Assembly (NCBI GenBank): GCA_050298595.1
Contig: JBNKUM010000085.1
Coordinates: forward strand, 192,001 to 256,000
Reading direction: 5' to 3'
Source: Gammaproteobacteria bacterium
Lineage (GTDB): Bacteria > Pseudomonadota > Gammaproteobacteria > GCA-001735895
Length of the DNA: 64,000 bases
Of this stretch, positions 27,832 to 37,394 are shown in pieces (the first letter of the stretch is position 1; each line of letters starts with the position of its first letter). Below the pieces are notes generated by a model. The model had not been told where the DNA came from. It ran no database searches and worked only from the letters and a program-made list of their open reading frames with translations. Both the position numbers and the translations under genes were made by a program.

Positions 27832-28752
27832 ATGACGCTCACCGAACTCAGATATATAGTTGCAGTTGCCCAGAAAAAACATTTTGGCCAGGCTGCGCAA
27901 TCCTGCTTTGTAAGTCAGCCCACCTTAAGCATAGCGATCAAAAAGCTCGAAGAAGAACTTGATATTAAGCTATTTGAGCGCAGTTCAAAAAACGAAATAC
28001 GCATTACCGAAATCGGCCAGAAAGTCGTACAACAGGCACAGAAGGTATTACGCGAAGCTCAGGTTATCAATGAAATTTCACAGCAGGGTAAAGATCCATT
28101 ATCCGGCACCTTCAGATTAGGTGCTATCTACACCATAGCACCTTACCTACTACCCGGTTTGATACCTCGCATTACAGAAAGTGCCCCACGAGTGACATTG
28201 ATTATCCAGGAAAACTTTACCCACAACCTGAGCCTTTTATTGAAACAGGGGGACCTGGATGCGATTATTATTTCCTATCCTTTTGACGAACCGGGCATAG
28301 AAACTCAAGCACTTTACGAAGAGCCCTTTATGGTCGCCATGCACAATCAACACCACTGGAGTGAACGAAAGGAAATAGGCGTTAATGAACTAGCCGGTGA
28401 AGACCTGATGCTGTTGGGTGCTGGACACTGCTTTCGCGATCAGGTGCTTGAGGCCTGTCCGCAATGCATATCTTCAAGAAATGAACTCACTCGTTCACTG
28501 GAAGGAAGCTCGCTGGAAACCATGCGCCATATGGTTGCTGCCGGTACTGGCATCACGGTTTTACCCTGTACCAGCATGCTACACAGCCAGCACAATCAAC
28601 AGTTAATCAAGATTAAGCCCTTTGCCAAACCCCAGCCCAGTCGTACGGTAGCGCTGGCATGGCGCAAGCACTATCCACGTAAGGAAGCGATTCAACTCGT
28701 CATTGATATGGTGCGCAAATGCAAGCTCCCAGGCACTCTGGGTATCAAGTAA
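27832..28752 (+). CDS. oxyR: Peroxide-sensing LysR regulator OxyR
   Basis: MTLTELRY HTH; GHCFRDQVLEAC redox cysteine pair; SSLETMRHMVA; start moved to the ATG at 27832. Confidence 0.93.
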   Translation: MTLTELRYIVAVAQKKHFGQAAQSCFVSQPTLSIAIKKLEEELDIKLFERSSKNEIRITEIGQKVVQQAQKVLREAQVINEISQQGKDPLSGTFRLGAIYTIAPYLLPGLIPRITESAPRVTLIIQENFTHNLSLLLKQGDLDAIIISYPFDEPGIETQALYEEPFMVAMHNQHHWSERKEIGVNELAGEDLMLLGAGHCFRDQVLEACPQCISSRNELTRSLEGSSLETMRHMVAAGTGITVLPCTSMLHSQHNQQLIKIKPFAKPQPSRTVALAWRKHYPRKEAIQLVIDMVRKCKLPGTLGIK

Positions 28753-28787
28753 ACAAACGAGCAAAGTCCATAAGTCCCGAGATAAGC

Positions 28788-29099
28788 ATGACTGAACCCG
28801 AAATCACATCACAGGAATTAATACGCGGTAAATTAAACAGTGAAACGGCGCGCATTCCCTGGAAAGAATTACAACGCTATTTTGCGGGTGGTTACACCCT
28901 GAATGTAGATCTACAGCTAGATCTGATCGATGTCGCCTACCAGATGCATTGCGATAATGCCGCTCAGATTGAACAATGGATGAACAGCAATCTGGTTCAC
29001 CAGGTCAGCAATGAACAGGCACGCGAATGGTATAACGACGACCAGATCATGTGGGCCTGTGTCATTAAGCCCTGGGTGCTGGTTCAACCAGCGGATTAG
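28788..29099 (+). CDS. DUF2288-like protein
   Basis: KLNSETARIPWKELQRYFAGG...WACVIKPWVLVQ. Confidence 0.85.
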   Translation: MTEPEITSQELIRGKLNSETARIPWKELQRYFAGGYTLNVDLQLDLIDVAYQMHCDNAAQIEQWMNSNLVHQVSNEQAREWYNDDQIMWACVIKPWVLVQPAD

Positions 29100-29941
29100 C
29101 GTAACTGATCAAGGATATTGACCAGCGCATAACCGTCCAGCACAGTTAGCCAGTGAGTAAAGCCCTCAATGATGCGGGTAGAGTTTTTACCAATGGCCTG
29201 CACATTCGCCATATCCTGACTATGCCCTGGCACTATCGGATCACCCAGCATGCCATTAGCAAAAGTACGCACTATTGAAAAATATCGAATGGGCGGATGC
29301 TGGCGCGTATTCAGCCAGTGCAAGATCTTGCCAGGCACCTCGGGGACAATATCGTGTAGCAACCCTTTGGAACGTTGCAGCGTGTCATAGGTAGTCCCTC
29401 CAAAGAATTCTTTCATCATTCTCAAAGGGAGTGGATCATCCAGCTCTTCAAGGCCTCGATAAGCCAGTACTGTACCCAGATGAGGGCTGGCAATGGTAAT
29501 CAAAGCCTTAACATTGCTAGCACCGTTACGCACCAGCGCCAGTCGAGCAGAAACCCCACCCAGTGAATGCCCAGCGATAATAAGCGGCTCGCCAGGGTAA
29601 CGATCATTAATCCAGCGCATGGCGCCGGTCACCACATTAGCCTGACCCAGCAGCGGTACTTCTGAGTTCAATTGAAGGAAGACCACTTTATTTTCCGCGT
29701 TCTGCCATTTCATCTGAATCGCCTGAATACCGACAGGAGTCGAGATTAATACCGCAGCCCTTTTCCAGCCAAATTGATGCAATACGGGCGAAACACCTGA
29801 CCGTTCCCAGCTCATCACATTACCCTGATAACCATGCACCAGCAATAAAACATCTGCTCGTGCCGCTGAAGCAGCCAGCAGGCAAAAGAGCAGCAGAAAT
29901 CCGACTAATTTATGCGAAACATTCATTGTATTTATCCGCAA
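29096..29941 (-). CDS. Secreted alpha/beta hydrolase (lipase/esterase family)
   Basis: Signal peptide; LVHGY, GHSLGG nucleophile elbow, TIASPHLGT. Confidence 0.85.
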   Translation of the reverse strand: MRINTMNVSHKLVGFLLLFCLLAASAARADVLLLVHGYQGNVMSWERSGVSPVLHQFGWKRAAVLISTPVGIQAIQMKWQNAENKVVFLQLNSEVPLLGQANVVTGAMRWINDRYPGEPLIIAGHSLGGVSARLALVRNGASNVKALITIASPHLGTVLAYRGLEELDDPLPLRMMKEFFGGTTYDTLQRSKGLLHDIVPEVPGKILHWLNTRQHPPIRYFSIVRTFANGMLGDPIVPGHSQDMANVQAIGKNSTRIIEGFTHWLTVLDGYALVNILDQLR

Positions 29942-30027
29942 CCTTTAGATTTATGCAGTAAAAAACATCCCAGCCCAGTAATTATGCATTAACATAACGC
30001 GATACATTAGTATTTTCTTATGCAAAT

Positions 30028-30375
30028 ATGAAACAAATCAATTCCTTCATTTTTGACGTGCATCTGGAAGATTTTCAGTCTTCCGTTTTGCAACGCTCCC
30101 ATGAGACTCCGATTCTGGTCGACTTCTGGGCTGACTGGTGCGGCCCCTGTATTACCGTCGCACCCGTGTTAAATCGAGTAGTTGAATCCTTTCAAGGTCA
30201 GGTGCTACTCGCCAAACTGGAGGTAGATGAGGGAGATAATATGAAACTCGCGGGCAGGTATAAAGTGCGCGGCTTTCCCACCATCATACTATTTCGAGAC
30301 GGCAAAGAACAGGATCGGTTCAGTAGTGCCCGTCCCGCCCATTTTATTGCGCAATTCATCACTCAACAGCTGTAA
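30028..30375 (+). CDS. Thioredoxin family protein
   Basis: VDFWADWCGPC; VRGFPT. Confidence 0.92.
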   Translation: MKQINSFIFDVHLEDFQSSVLQRSHETPILVDFWADWCGPCITVAPVLNRVVESFQGQVLLAKLEVDEGDNMKLAGRYKVRGFPTIILFRDGKEQDRFSSARPAHFIAQFITQQL

Positions 30376-30391
30376 GAACTGGTGTGGTGCT

Positions 30392-30736
30392 CTAACGCTT
30401 TCTTAATAACAAAAATAACTCATGCACCAGACGCTCATTGGTTTGAATCTCCAGCCATTTATCTTTGGGTATCCTGCGTTTTACCAGCTCACGAACAACC
30501 TGAATGGTAAAGGAATCACTCTCCAGGTTGGGGTCGTGTTTGCCTTCCGAAATTTTCTGAAGAGTACGACTTAAGATTAACGTGGTAGATTCATCTGCAT
30601 CCTGATATAGACGCGTTCTAAGACGACTATCATTAATTAAGGTTTCTACAGCCAGACGCTGTTTGCGAACCTGAAAGATAACAACAGCCAACAGAAAAAT
30701 AGTAATCACCGATAATATTGAAAGCATTTTGTTCAC
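30392..30736 (-). CDS. Hypothetical membrane-anchored protein
   Basis: N-terminal hydrophobic helix; AGGA immediately before the GTG start; no recognised domain. Confidence 0.55.
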   Translation of the reverse strand: MNKMLSILSVITIFLLAVVIFQVRKQRLAVETLINDSRLRTRLYQDADESTTLILSRTLQKISEGKHDPNLESDSFTIQVVRELVKRRIPKDKWLEIQTNERLVHELFLLLRKR

Positions 30737-30747
30737 TCCTGATTATT

Positions 30748-31150
30748 ATCCCGGATTCCGCAGTTGACCGCTCGCATTAGAGGGTAACCCACTGTTTCGT
30801 AGACCATTACGCTCGATTTATCTTTTCACGCTCCTATGCATCGGCTCTAGCATCCTGCTTCGCCCTACCTCCTCCCTCCCTGGAGTCGTGCTTCGCTCTA
30901 TCACCTAAATCCCTTTATGCGTCCATACATTCGCGAAATAACAACATCCATGCTGAAATCCAGCAGATGACTCCCGCCACGAGCTGAATTGCACGTTTGA
31001 GGCAGCGTATCTCTGCGCTGCCTAGAGAGACTAGGTAAGGGGCGTGAGCAGGACGCGGGAGCCTTGTAACGCCTTAATCTACACCACCACAAACGCACTA
31101 CAACTCGTCCAACTTGCAGATGCAAGGATTATATTTAACTGCGTTTTATA
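30748..31150. repeat. Structured palindromic intergenic element (MITE/REP-like mosaic or structured RNA)
   Basis: Imperfect inverted pair 30843-30865/31040-31063; hairpin 31000-31023; short outer inverted motif CGCAGTTRA. Confidence 0.5.
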
Positions 31151-31344
31151 ACAATGATTCTAGCAGGCACAGGTATTAACGAAGCACCATATGTCTTAAA
31201 TATGCCGCCCCATTTCATTCAACAGAAATTCTCTATAAGCCATAAAAAATAGTTATTAGAAAACAGTGCAAAGTGATATCTAATATTCGTCATGCTGCAG
31301 CCTGAATAGTCTATACTGATTTAAAAAATAACCACACTCATCCA

Positions 31345-33705
31345 GTGTCTGATTTAGAATTTCCAGCAAAAATTGACCGCTTTACTATTCAGAACGTGCT
31401 CGGTAGAGGCGCTCAGGGAATAGTCTATCTGGCGTATGACCCCCAACTCGACCGCGAAGTAGCGATTAAATCGGTTTCCATAAAAACAAGTTTTCAACAG
31501 CAAGATAAAATCGATCACCTGTTACAGGAAGCACGAACTGTCAGCAAGCTGCAACACCCCAATATTGTCAGCATCTATGATGTGGGCAGCGACAAGATAC
31601 CCCCCTATCTGGTGCTTGAATATGTAAAAGGTGTATCACTCTACTCGATGATCAAGAAAGACATTCCAGAGCAACAGGCCATTCATATCATGCGCGATGT
31701 ATTGAGTGCTGTCGCAGCAGCTCATGCCAAAGGCATAATCCATTGTGATCTAAAACCTGCAAACATCATCATAACCCCATCTGGACAGGCCAAGGTCGCC
31801 GATTTCGGTCTCGCGCTACTCGCAAATTCACAACAGGAAGACAATGCTCAGCTTGCCGGTACGCCACAATATATGGCTCCTGAATATATCGAAACACGCA
31901 AACATCTGACGGTTTCGGATGTATTTTCGCTCGGCCTGATCTTTTATCAACTGATGACGGGCAAACTGGCGGTGGAAGGTGAGGATGTCTATCAGCTGCT
32001 CAACGCAATTGCCAATCAACAGATAACACCACCCTCAAGCATCAAGCCTGAAATTGATGAAAAGCTCAGTGCACTGATCATGAAAGCACTCGAAAAAGAC
32101 CCAAAGGATCGCTATCAGAATGCTTCAGAAATGCTCTCTGCGCTGGAAAACACCCTCGCCCTGACTGAGGCAGTGAAACAGTCCGACAAAAGTGATGCCA
32201 CGGCTCAATTTCTGTTGCGCCGTATGAATCACAAGAAAGACTTCCCTGCTTTTTCACACACCATTGGAATCCTTAACCGCGTCTCCAACAGCGACACCGA
32301 AAGCCTGTCCATCGTATCTAATGCAATCCTGAAAGATATTTCGCTCACCAACAAAGTACTACGCGTGGTCAACTCTGCCTATTACAACCGTGGTTACTCC
32401 AAGATCAGCACCATATCACGTGCGGTTATTATGCTCGGTATCAACCCTGTCAAAAGCCTCGCTGTATCGCTATTACTATTCGAACATTTGCAGAATAAAT
32501 TTCAGGCACAACAATTGATGGAAGATGCTGTAACCTCATTATTCAGTGCACTGATGGCTAACGATATCGCGAGCAAACAACATATACAGCAGCGCGAAGA
32601 AGCCTTCCTCTGCGCCCTGTTACAGCAGTTGGGAAAACTGCTGGTGCGCTTTTATCTACACGAGGAAAGCCTCGCTATTGATCAGCAGGTTCAACAGCAT
32701 GACATGGAAGAAAACACCGCAGCGTTAAAGGTGCTAGGCACGTCTTACCATAAACTGGGAATGGCCGTCGCTAAAGAATGGGGCTTTCCAAATCAGATCA
32801 TCCTGAGTATGAAACCGATGCAGGACGATGAATTCGGAAATAAGAGCAAGCACGCCGATCCCTTGCGGGTTATTGCCAACTTTAGCAATCAGATCATACA
32901 GATCCTGAAAAAACCGAAAGATCAACAGGAGTCGGCGTTGAAAGATTTAGCCAAAAAATATCGCCGACATCTGGAATTCGATACCGAACAGGTCAACGGC
33001 CTTATTAATCATTCTCAAAAGGAGCTCAACCACTTTGCTAAATTAATCAATTTCAACCTGGAAAAAAGCGCTTTTTACAAGCAGCTAAATATCGAAGAAA
33101 CACCAGATGGCAGCGAGCAGGCAGCTAAACCTGCTGAAACCAGTTTTCACGTTTTACAGGAAAGCAACCTGCCATCAGGACTGAATCAGCAACGACCAGA
33201 AAAGGCGCTGACCGATGGCATTCAGGATATCACCAACACACTGACCGGTGAATACACCATCAACCAGGTGATGCAGATGGTGCTAGAAACCATCTACCGC
33301 GCGCTACCCGGCTCGCGCGTGATTCTCGGTCTACTCGACAGGGCGAATAACTGTATTGTTGGCAAACTTGGTTATGGGGACAAGGTGGATGATCTGATCG
33401 AACATTTTCGTATTCCGCTTGCTTATCAGGCTGACGTATTTCATATTGCCTTTAAGAACAATGTGGATATTAAAATCGATAATACCCGAGACGAAAAAAT
33501 AAAAGACAAGATTCCAGACTGGTACCACCGCAAAATTGGCTCCAGATTTTTCATCCTGTTTCCGATTGTGATCAGACATAGCCCTATTGCAGTGCTCTAC
33601 ATCGACAGCACCAAAAATCGAGATATCCATATTTCAGACGACCAGCTCAGCCTGCTTAAAACATTGCGCAACCAGGCAATCCTGGCTATCAAAAATCTTA
33701 ATTAG
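31345..33705 (+). CDS. Hanks-type Ser/Thr protein kinase fused to HDOD and a C-terminal GAF-like domain
   Basis: LGRGAQG, VAIK, HCDLKPAN, DFG, GTPQYMAPE; HDOD DFPAF..ILKD..LTNKVLRVVNSAYY, LLQQLGKL, EWGFP. Confidence 0.9.
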   Translation: MSDLEFPAKIDRFTIQNVLGRGAQGIVYLAYDPQLDREVAIKSVSIKTSFQQQDKIDHLLQEARTVSKLQHPNIVSIYDVGSDKIPPYLVLEYVKGVSLYSMIKKDIPEQQAIHIMRDVLSAVAAAHAKGIIHCDLKPANIIITPSGQAKVADFGLALLANSQQEDNAQLAGTPQYMAPEYIETRKHLTVSDVFSLGLIFYQLMTGKLAVEGEDVYQLLNAIANQQITPPSSIKPEIDEKLSALIMKALEKDPKDRYQNASEMLSALENTLALTEAVKQSDKSDATAQFLLRRMNHKKDFPAFSHTIGILNRVSNSDTESLSIVSNAILKDISLTNKVLRVVNSAYYNRGYSKISTISRAVIMLGINPVKSLAVSLLLFEHLQNKFQAQQLMEDAVTSLFSALMANDIASKQHIQQREEAFLCALLQQLGKLLVRFYLHEESLAIDQQVQQHDMEENTAALKVLGTSYHKLGMAVAKEWGFPNQIILSMKPMQDDEFGNKSKHADPLRVIANFSNQIIQILKKPKDQQESALKDLAKKYRRHLEFDTEQVNGLINHSQKELNHFAKLINFNLEKSAFYKQLNIEETPDGSEQAAKPAETSFHVLQESNLPSGLNQQRPEKALTDGIQDITNTLTGEYTINQVMQMVLETIYRALPGSRVILGLLDRANNCIVGKLGYGDKVDDLIEHFRIPLAYQADVFHIAFKNNVDIKIDNTRDEKIKDKIPDWYHRKIGSRFFILFPIVIRHSPIAVLYIDSTKNRDIHISDDQLSLLKTLRNQAILAIKNLN

Positions 33706-34352
33706 CCCTGTGTCATCAGGGGCTTGAAAAAACCTGCTGAAAAACTAACGGCTTCATTCAAATCAAAAATCTGCCGATTTTCAGAATCTTCATCCAACCA
33801 GGATTGCGCTATTTGCGGATCTTTTAAAAATAGCATTTCAGTACATAGGCTGTCGGAACAGCTGCAACAACCACTGGCTGCCATCCAGTTGATCCCAAAA
33901 TGTAATCCAGCCACGCTGTCGGCATTCAAGATCTGCTGATTGTCCAACTCGAGGTGTACCGCTGCTCTGCTCACAGCACATTCTGAATCAACCTCTGTAC
34001 GACATTCAAACATAGCAGCTGGAGCCAAGGCATCCAGCGCACACATAGCATGAACCACAAATCCGTTGAGGCGGATTCGATGTACTCTTTGCTCCATAGT
34101 AAATGGGTAACAGCCGAGGATATTGCCGGCTTCGTCCAGCGTAATCATATCCAGTTGCTCAAGCTTCTGAATACGAGCTTTGGCCTCACCATCCCATTCT
34201 ATCAATTGCTGCTGAGCGGGTGCTTTGCCCTGATGATAAAAACTGGATAATACCGCCATATATATCGAAGCCGTTTCACTTTCCAGCTCGTCCAGATTCT
34301 TTTTTAACGGCAAAATCCCGTTCAAGCGAGCTACCGCTTTCTCCACTTTCAT
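33702..34352 (-). CDS. Organomercurial lyase (MerB)-like protein
   Basis: GCYPFT, AMCALDAL (Cys/Asp pair) and SLCTEMLF (second Cys). Confidence 0.78.
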   Translation of the reverse strand: MKVEKAVARLNGILPLKKNLDELESETASIYMAVLSSFYHQGKAPAQQQLIEWDGEAKARIQKLEQLDMITLDEAGNILGCYPFTMEQRVHRIRLNGFVVHAMCALDALAPAAMFECRTEVDSECAVSRAAVHLELDNQQILNADSVAGLHFGINWMAASGCCSCSDSLCTEMLFLKDPQIAQSWLDEDSENRQIFDLNEAVSFSAGFFKPLMTQG

Positions 34353-34488
34353 ACTTAGTCATCCTGTAAAACAACTGACTTTAGCATAGCTATGTGATTG
34401 TACTCATATAACACGCATCATTTTTTAGTTGAATTTCATCCTGACAGCCACTATCTGCTAGAATCATATTTTTCCGATTGAATTTCTT

Positions 34489-34755
34489 ATGGCTCGCGTT
34501 ACTGTTTACAGCACTGGTAGCTGCCCGATTTGCGAACAGACCAAAAAACTGCTCGCTAAATGGCGCATTCCCTACAACGAAATCCGTCTCGACAACGAAC
34601 CTTCTGAACAGCGTCGCTTTTTAAAGCTGACCGAAGGCGCGCGTTCGGTCCCACAGATATTGATTGATGACCAATGGATAGGTGGATTTACTGAGTTGAC
34701 TGAGATGCATATGGAAGACCAGCTGGATGATTTGATGGAGCCGTTAGAATCATGA
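34489..34755 (+). CDS. Glutaredoxin
   Basis: CPIC, RSVPQI, IGGF. Confidence 0.9.
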   Translation: MARVTVYSTGSCPICEQTKKLLAKWRIPYNEIRLDNEPSEQRRFLKLTEGARSVPQILIDDQWIGGFTELTEMHMEDQLDDLMEPLES

Positions 34756-35093
34756 CTAATAAAAAATCCAAAAGTATCTTCCGTGTCATATTCATTAACC
34801 AGAACAAGATTTATGAGCTATACGCACACGAAGTCAGTCAGGCATCCATGTTGGGTTTCATTGAAATCGGGGATATTATTTTCGGTGAGCGCAGTAAGTT
34901 ACTGGTAGACCCGGCAGAAGAAAAGCTTAAATCTGAATTTGAAGGCGTTACAAACACCTATGTTCCACATCACTCGATCATTCGTATTGATGAAGTGGAA
35001 AAAGAAGGCAAAAATCGTATCCATGATGTAGATGGCTCCAGCATATCCATGTTTCCGGGTAGCCAGTTTTCACAACCACCTACCAACCGATAA
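34752..35093 (+). CDS. DUF1820-like protein
   Basis: FINQNKIYELYA...VDPAEEKLKSEF...IIRIDEVEKEG. Confidence 0.85.
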   Translation: MTNKKSKSIFRVIFINQNKIYELYAHEVSQASMLGFIEIGDIIFGERSKLLVDPAEEKLKSEFEGVTNTYVPHHSIIRIDEVEKEGKNRIHDVDGSSISMFPGSQFSQPPTNR

Positions 35094-35109
35094 TAAGTGG
35101 TTGCGTCCG

Positions 35110-35937
35110 GTGCAAATTAGTGTAGTCATCCCTAGCCATAATCGCGCCCATACCCTTGAACGAGCATTGCTTTCAGTGCTCACACAGACGTCAGCGGCCG
35201 ATGAAATAATTGTGGTTGACGATGGCTCTACCGATCACAGCGCTACGCTGATGCAACAATACCCTGCTATCAAACTAATCCAGCAGGAGAACAAAGGGGT
35301 CAGTGCAGCGCGAAACACTGGTATTCGTGCAGCAACCCACGAATGGATAGCACTACTTGATTCCGATGATGAATGGCTAGCCGACAAACTCTCAGCCATT
35401 AGACTGGCTCAACAGGATCACCCTGAGATAAAATTATTCCACTCCAATGAAATCTGGATTCGAAATAGCGTTCGCGTTAACCCGATGAATAAACACAACA
35501 AATACGGTGGAGATATCTTTCATTACTGTCTGCCTTTATGTGTTATTTCCCCCTCGGCAGCAGTGCTACATCACAGCCTGTTCGATCACTGCGGGTTATT
35601 CAACGAAAATTTGCCAGCCTGCGAAGACTACGACCTGTGGTTACGCATCTGCCACCAATATCCTGTGGTCTATCTGCCGCAGGCGTTAATCAAAAAATAC
35701 GGCGGGCATGACGATCAGTTATCACGTCGATTTTGGGGGATGGACCGCTTTCGCATTCAGTCCTTGCATGAGTTAATGCAATTAAAAACCTTAAACTCCG
35801 TGCAACAACAACAGACCCGGGACATGTTGGTTAAAAAACTCAAGATTCTGATCAAGGGGGCGCTTAAACACAATAACCAGAAAGTTCTGCATCAGTTCCA
35901 GCCCCTGCTTGATCAGTACGAGGCTGAAACATGTTGA
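35110..35937 (+). CDS. Glycosyltransferase family 2
   Basis: ISVVIPSHNR, VVDDGSTD, LLDSDD, CEDYDLWLR; start moved to the GTG at 35110. Confidence 0.9.
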   Translation: MQISVVIPSHNRAHTLERALLSVLTQTSAADEIIVVDDGSTDHSATLMQQYPAIKLIQQENKGVSAARNTGIRAATHEWIALLDSDDEWLADKLSAIRLAQQDHPEIKLFHSNEIWIRNSVRVNPMNKHNKYGGDIFHYCLPLCVISPSAAVLHHSLFDHCGLFNENLPACEDYDLWLRICHQYPVVYLPQALIKKYGGHDDQLSRRFWGMDRFRIQSLHELMQLKTLNSVQQQQTRDMLVKKLKILIKGALKHNNQKVLHQFQPLLDQYEAETC

Positions 35938-36560
35938 TCTGGATGTGCGCGCTACATTGTGAAGCCAAACCTGTTATCGATTTCTATCGCCTTAAAAAGA
36001 ATACTGATAGCAACGCTTTCGATCTTTATCAACTTAACGATATCGCCTGCATAGTAAGTGGTATCGGCGACCTCAACATGGCAGCTGCCTGCGCCTGGGC
36101 TGCGAGCCGTTTTGAACATGATAACCCCTGCTGGATCAACCTCGGTATAGCCGGGCATAAATCTTTAACGCCAGGAACTACGTTGCTAGCTAACCAGGTT
36201 TACCGTAAAGATAATGCACAGGCCATATACACTGTGCCACTGGTAGAGCATAACTTTACTAGCGCCTGCGTCATATCTCTGCCAGGCGAACAGACGGATT
36301 ATCACCCTGACGCTGCCTACGACATGGAAGCCTATGCTTTTCTGAACAGTTGCAGGCATTTTACTATGCTGGAATTATGCGCAAGCATAAAAGTCATCAG
36401 TGACAATGCCGATAACCCACCCGTACGAGACAAGGCTCATATCAGTCAATTGTTCGCCGATAATATTCAGGCTATTGCTGACTATGCTACGCGCTTACAG
36501 CAAGTTGCTGACAACATATTCCTCAGTCAGCCTGTTTCCCCTGCCGCTGGTAAGCCATGA
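35931..36560 (+). CDS. Nucleoside phosphorylase / MTA-SAH nucleosidase-like protein
   Basis: CALHCEAKP, SGIG, WINLGIAG, YDMEA, KVISDN. Confidence 0.8.
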   Translation: MLIWMCALHCEAKPVIDFYRLKKNTDSNAFDLYQLNDIACIVSGIGDLNMAAACAWAASRFEHDNPCWINLGIAGHKSLTPGTTLLANQVYRKDNAQAIYTVPLVEHNFTSACVISLPGEQTDYHPDAAYDMEAYAFLNSCRHFTMLELCASIKVISDNADNPPVRDKAHISQLFADNIQAIADYATRLQQVADNIFLSQPVSPAAGKP

Positions 36561-37273
36561 CAACACTCGCTCATAAAACCGCCCTGATCACTGGCTCCAG
36601 TTCCGGAATTGGGCTGGCTATCGTTAATACCCTGTTACAGCAGCAATGCCGGATTATAGGCATTGCACGCAATCATCAAAAAGCCGCCATCGATAATCCA
36701 TTATTTACAGCATATGATCAGGATTTGTCAGACCTAAAACAGAGCGAAACCTTGATCAAGGGCATTTGCAAAACGCATAGCATCGATATCTTTATTCATT
36801 GCGCTGGAGAGGGCCTCTTTGGGTCTATAGAACAATTTTCAATCACCCAGATAGACCGAAATATCCGTACCAATCTGACCAGCTCACTAGTACTTGCTCA
36901 CTATATAGTGCCCAACATGCGCAAGCTTGCGAGCGCAAACATGCTTTTTATTGGGTCTGAGTCATCAATAAAAGCCGGGAAAAAAGGTGCACTGTATAGC
37001 AGTGCCAAGTTTGGCCTGAGAGGGCTTGCGCTATCTTTACGTGAAGATTGCGCGCGAGATGGTATACGTGTAACGCTAATCAATCCCGGTATGGTAGATA
37101 GCCCCTTCTTCGACAATCAAAGCTTCCGGCCCGGTAGTGATAAAAGCAACTCCATCTCAACCCAGAATATCGCCGATTGCGTGCTGTATGTATTAAACAG
37201 TAGTCCTGAGATAGTATTTGACGAAATCAATATTTCACCGCGTAATAAATCGATAGATTTCAAGCCCTCCTGA
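36557..37273 (+). CDS. SDR family oxidoreductase
   Basis: TGSSSGIG; YSSAK catalytic motif; INPGMV. Confidence 0.9.
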   Translation: MTTLAHKTALITGSSSGIGLAIVNTLLQQQCRIIGIARNHQKAAIDNPLFTAYDQDLSDLKQSETLIKGICKTHSIDIFIHCAGEGLFGSIEQFSITQIDRNIRTNLTSSLVLAHYIVPNMRKLASANMLFIGSESSIKAGKKGALYSSAKFGLRGLALSLREDCARDGIRVTLINPGMVDSPFFDNQSFRPGSDKSNSISTQNIADCVLYVLNSSPEIVFDEINISPRNKSIDFKPS

Positions 37274-37394
37274 TGGCCTTAACCCTTACAAATCACAATA
37301 AAATTACAAATCCATTGATTGTGTTCTATATATTCGTAGAATCGCTATATATAATTAATAGATATATCAGCCCAATCTATACCGAGAGGTTTTT

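Noticed and set aside
30901-31125. 74-aa ORF in the structured intergenic element
   Set aside because: No protein-like features; runs through palindromic repeats.
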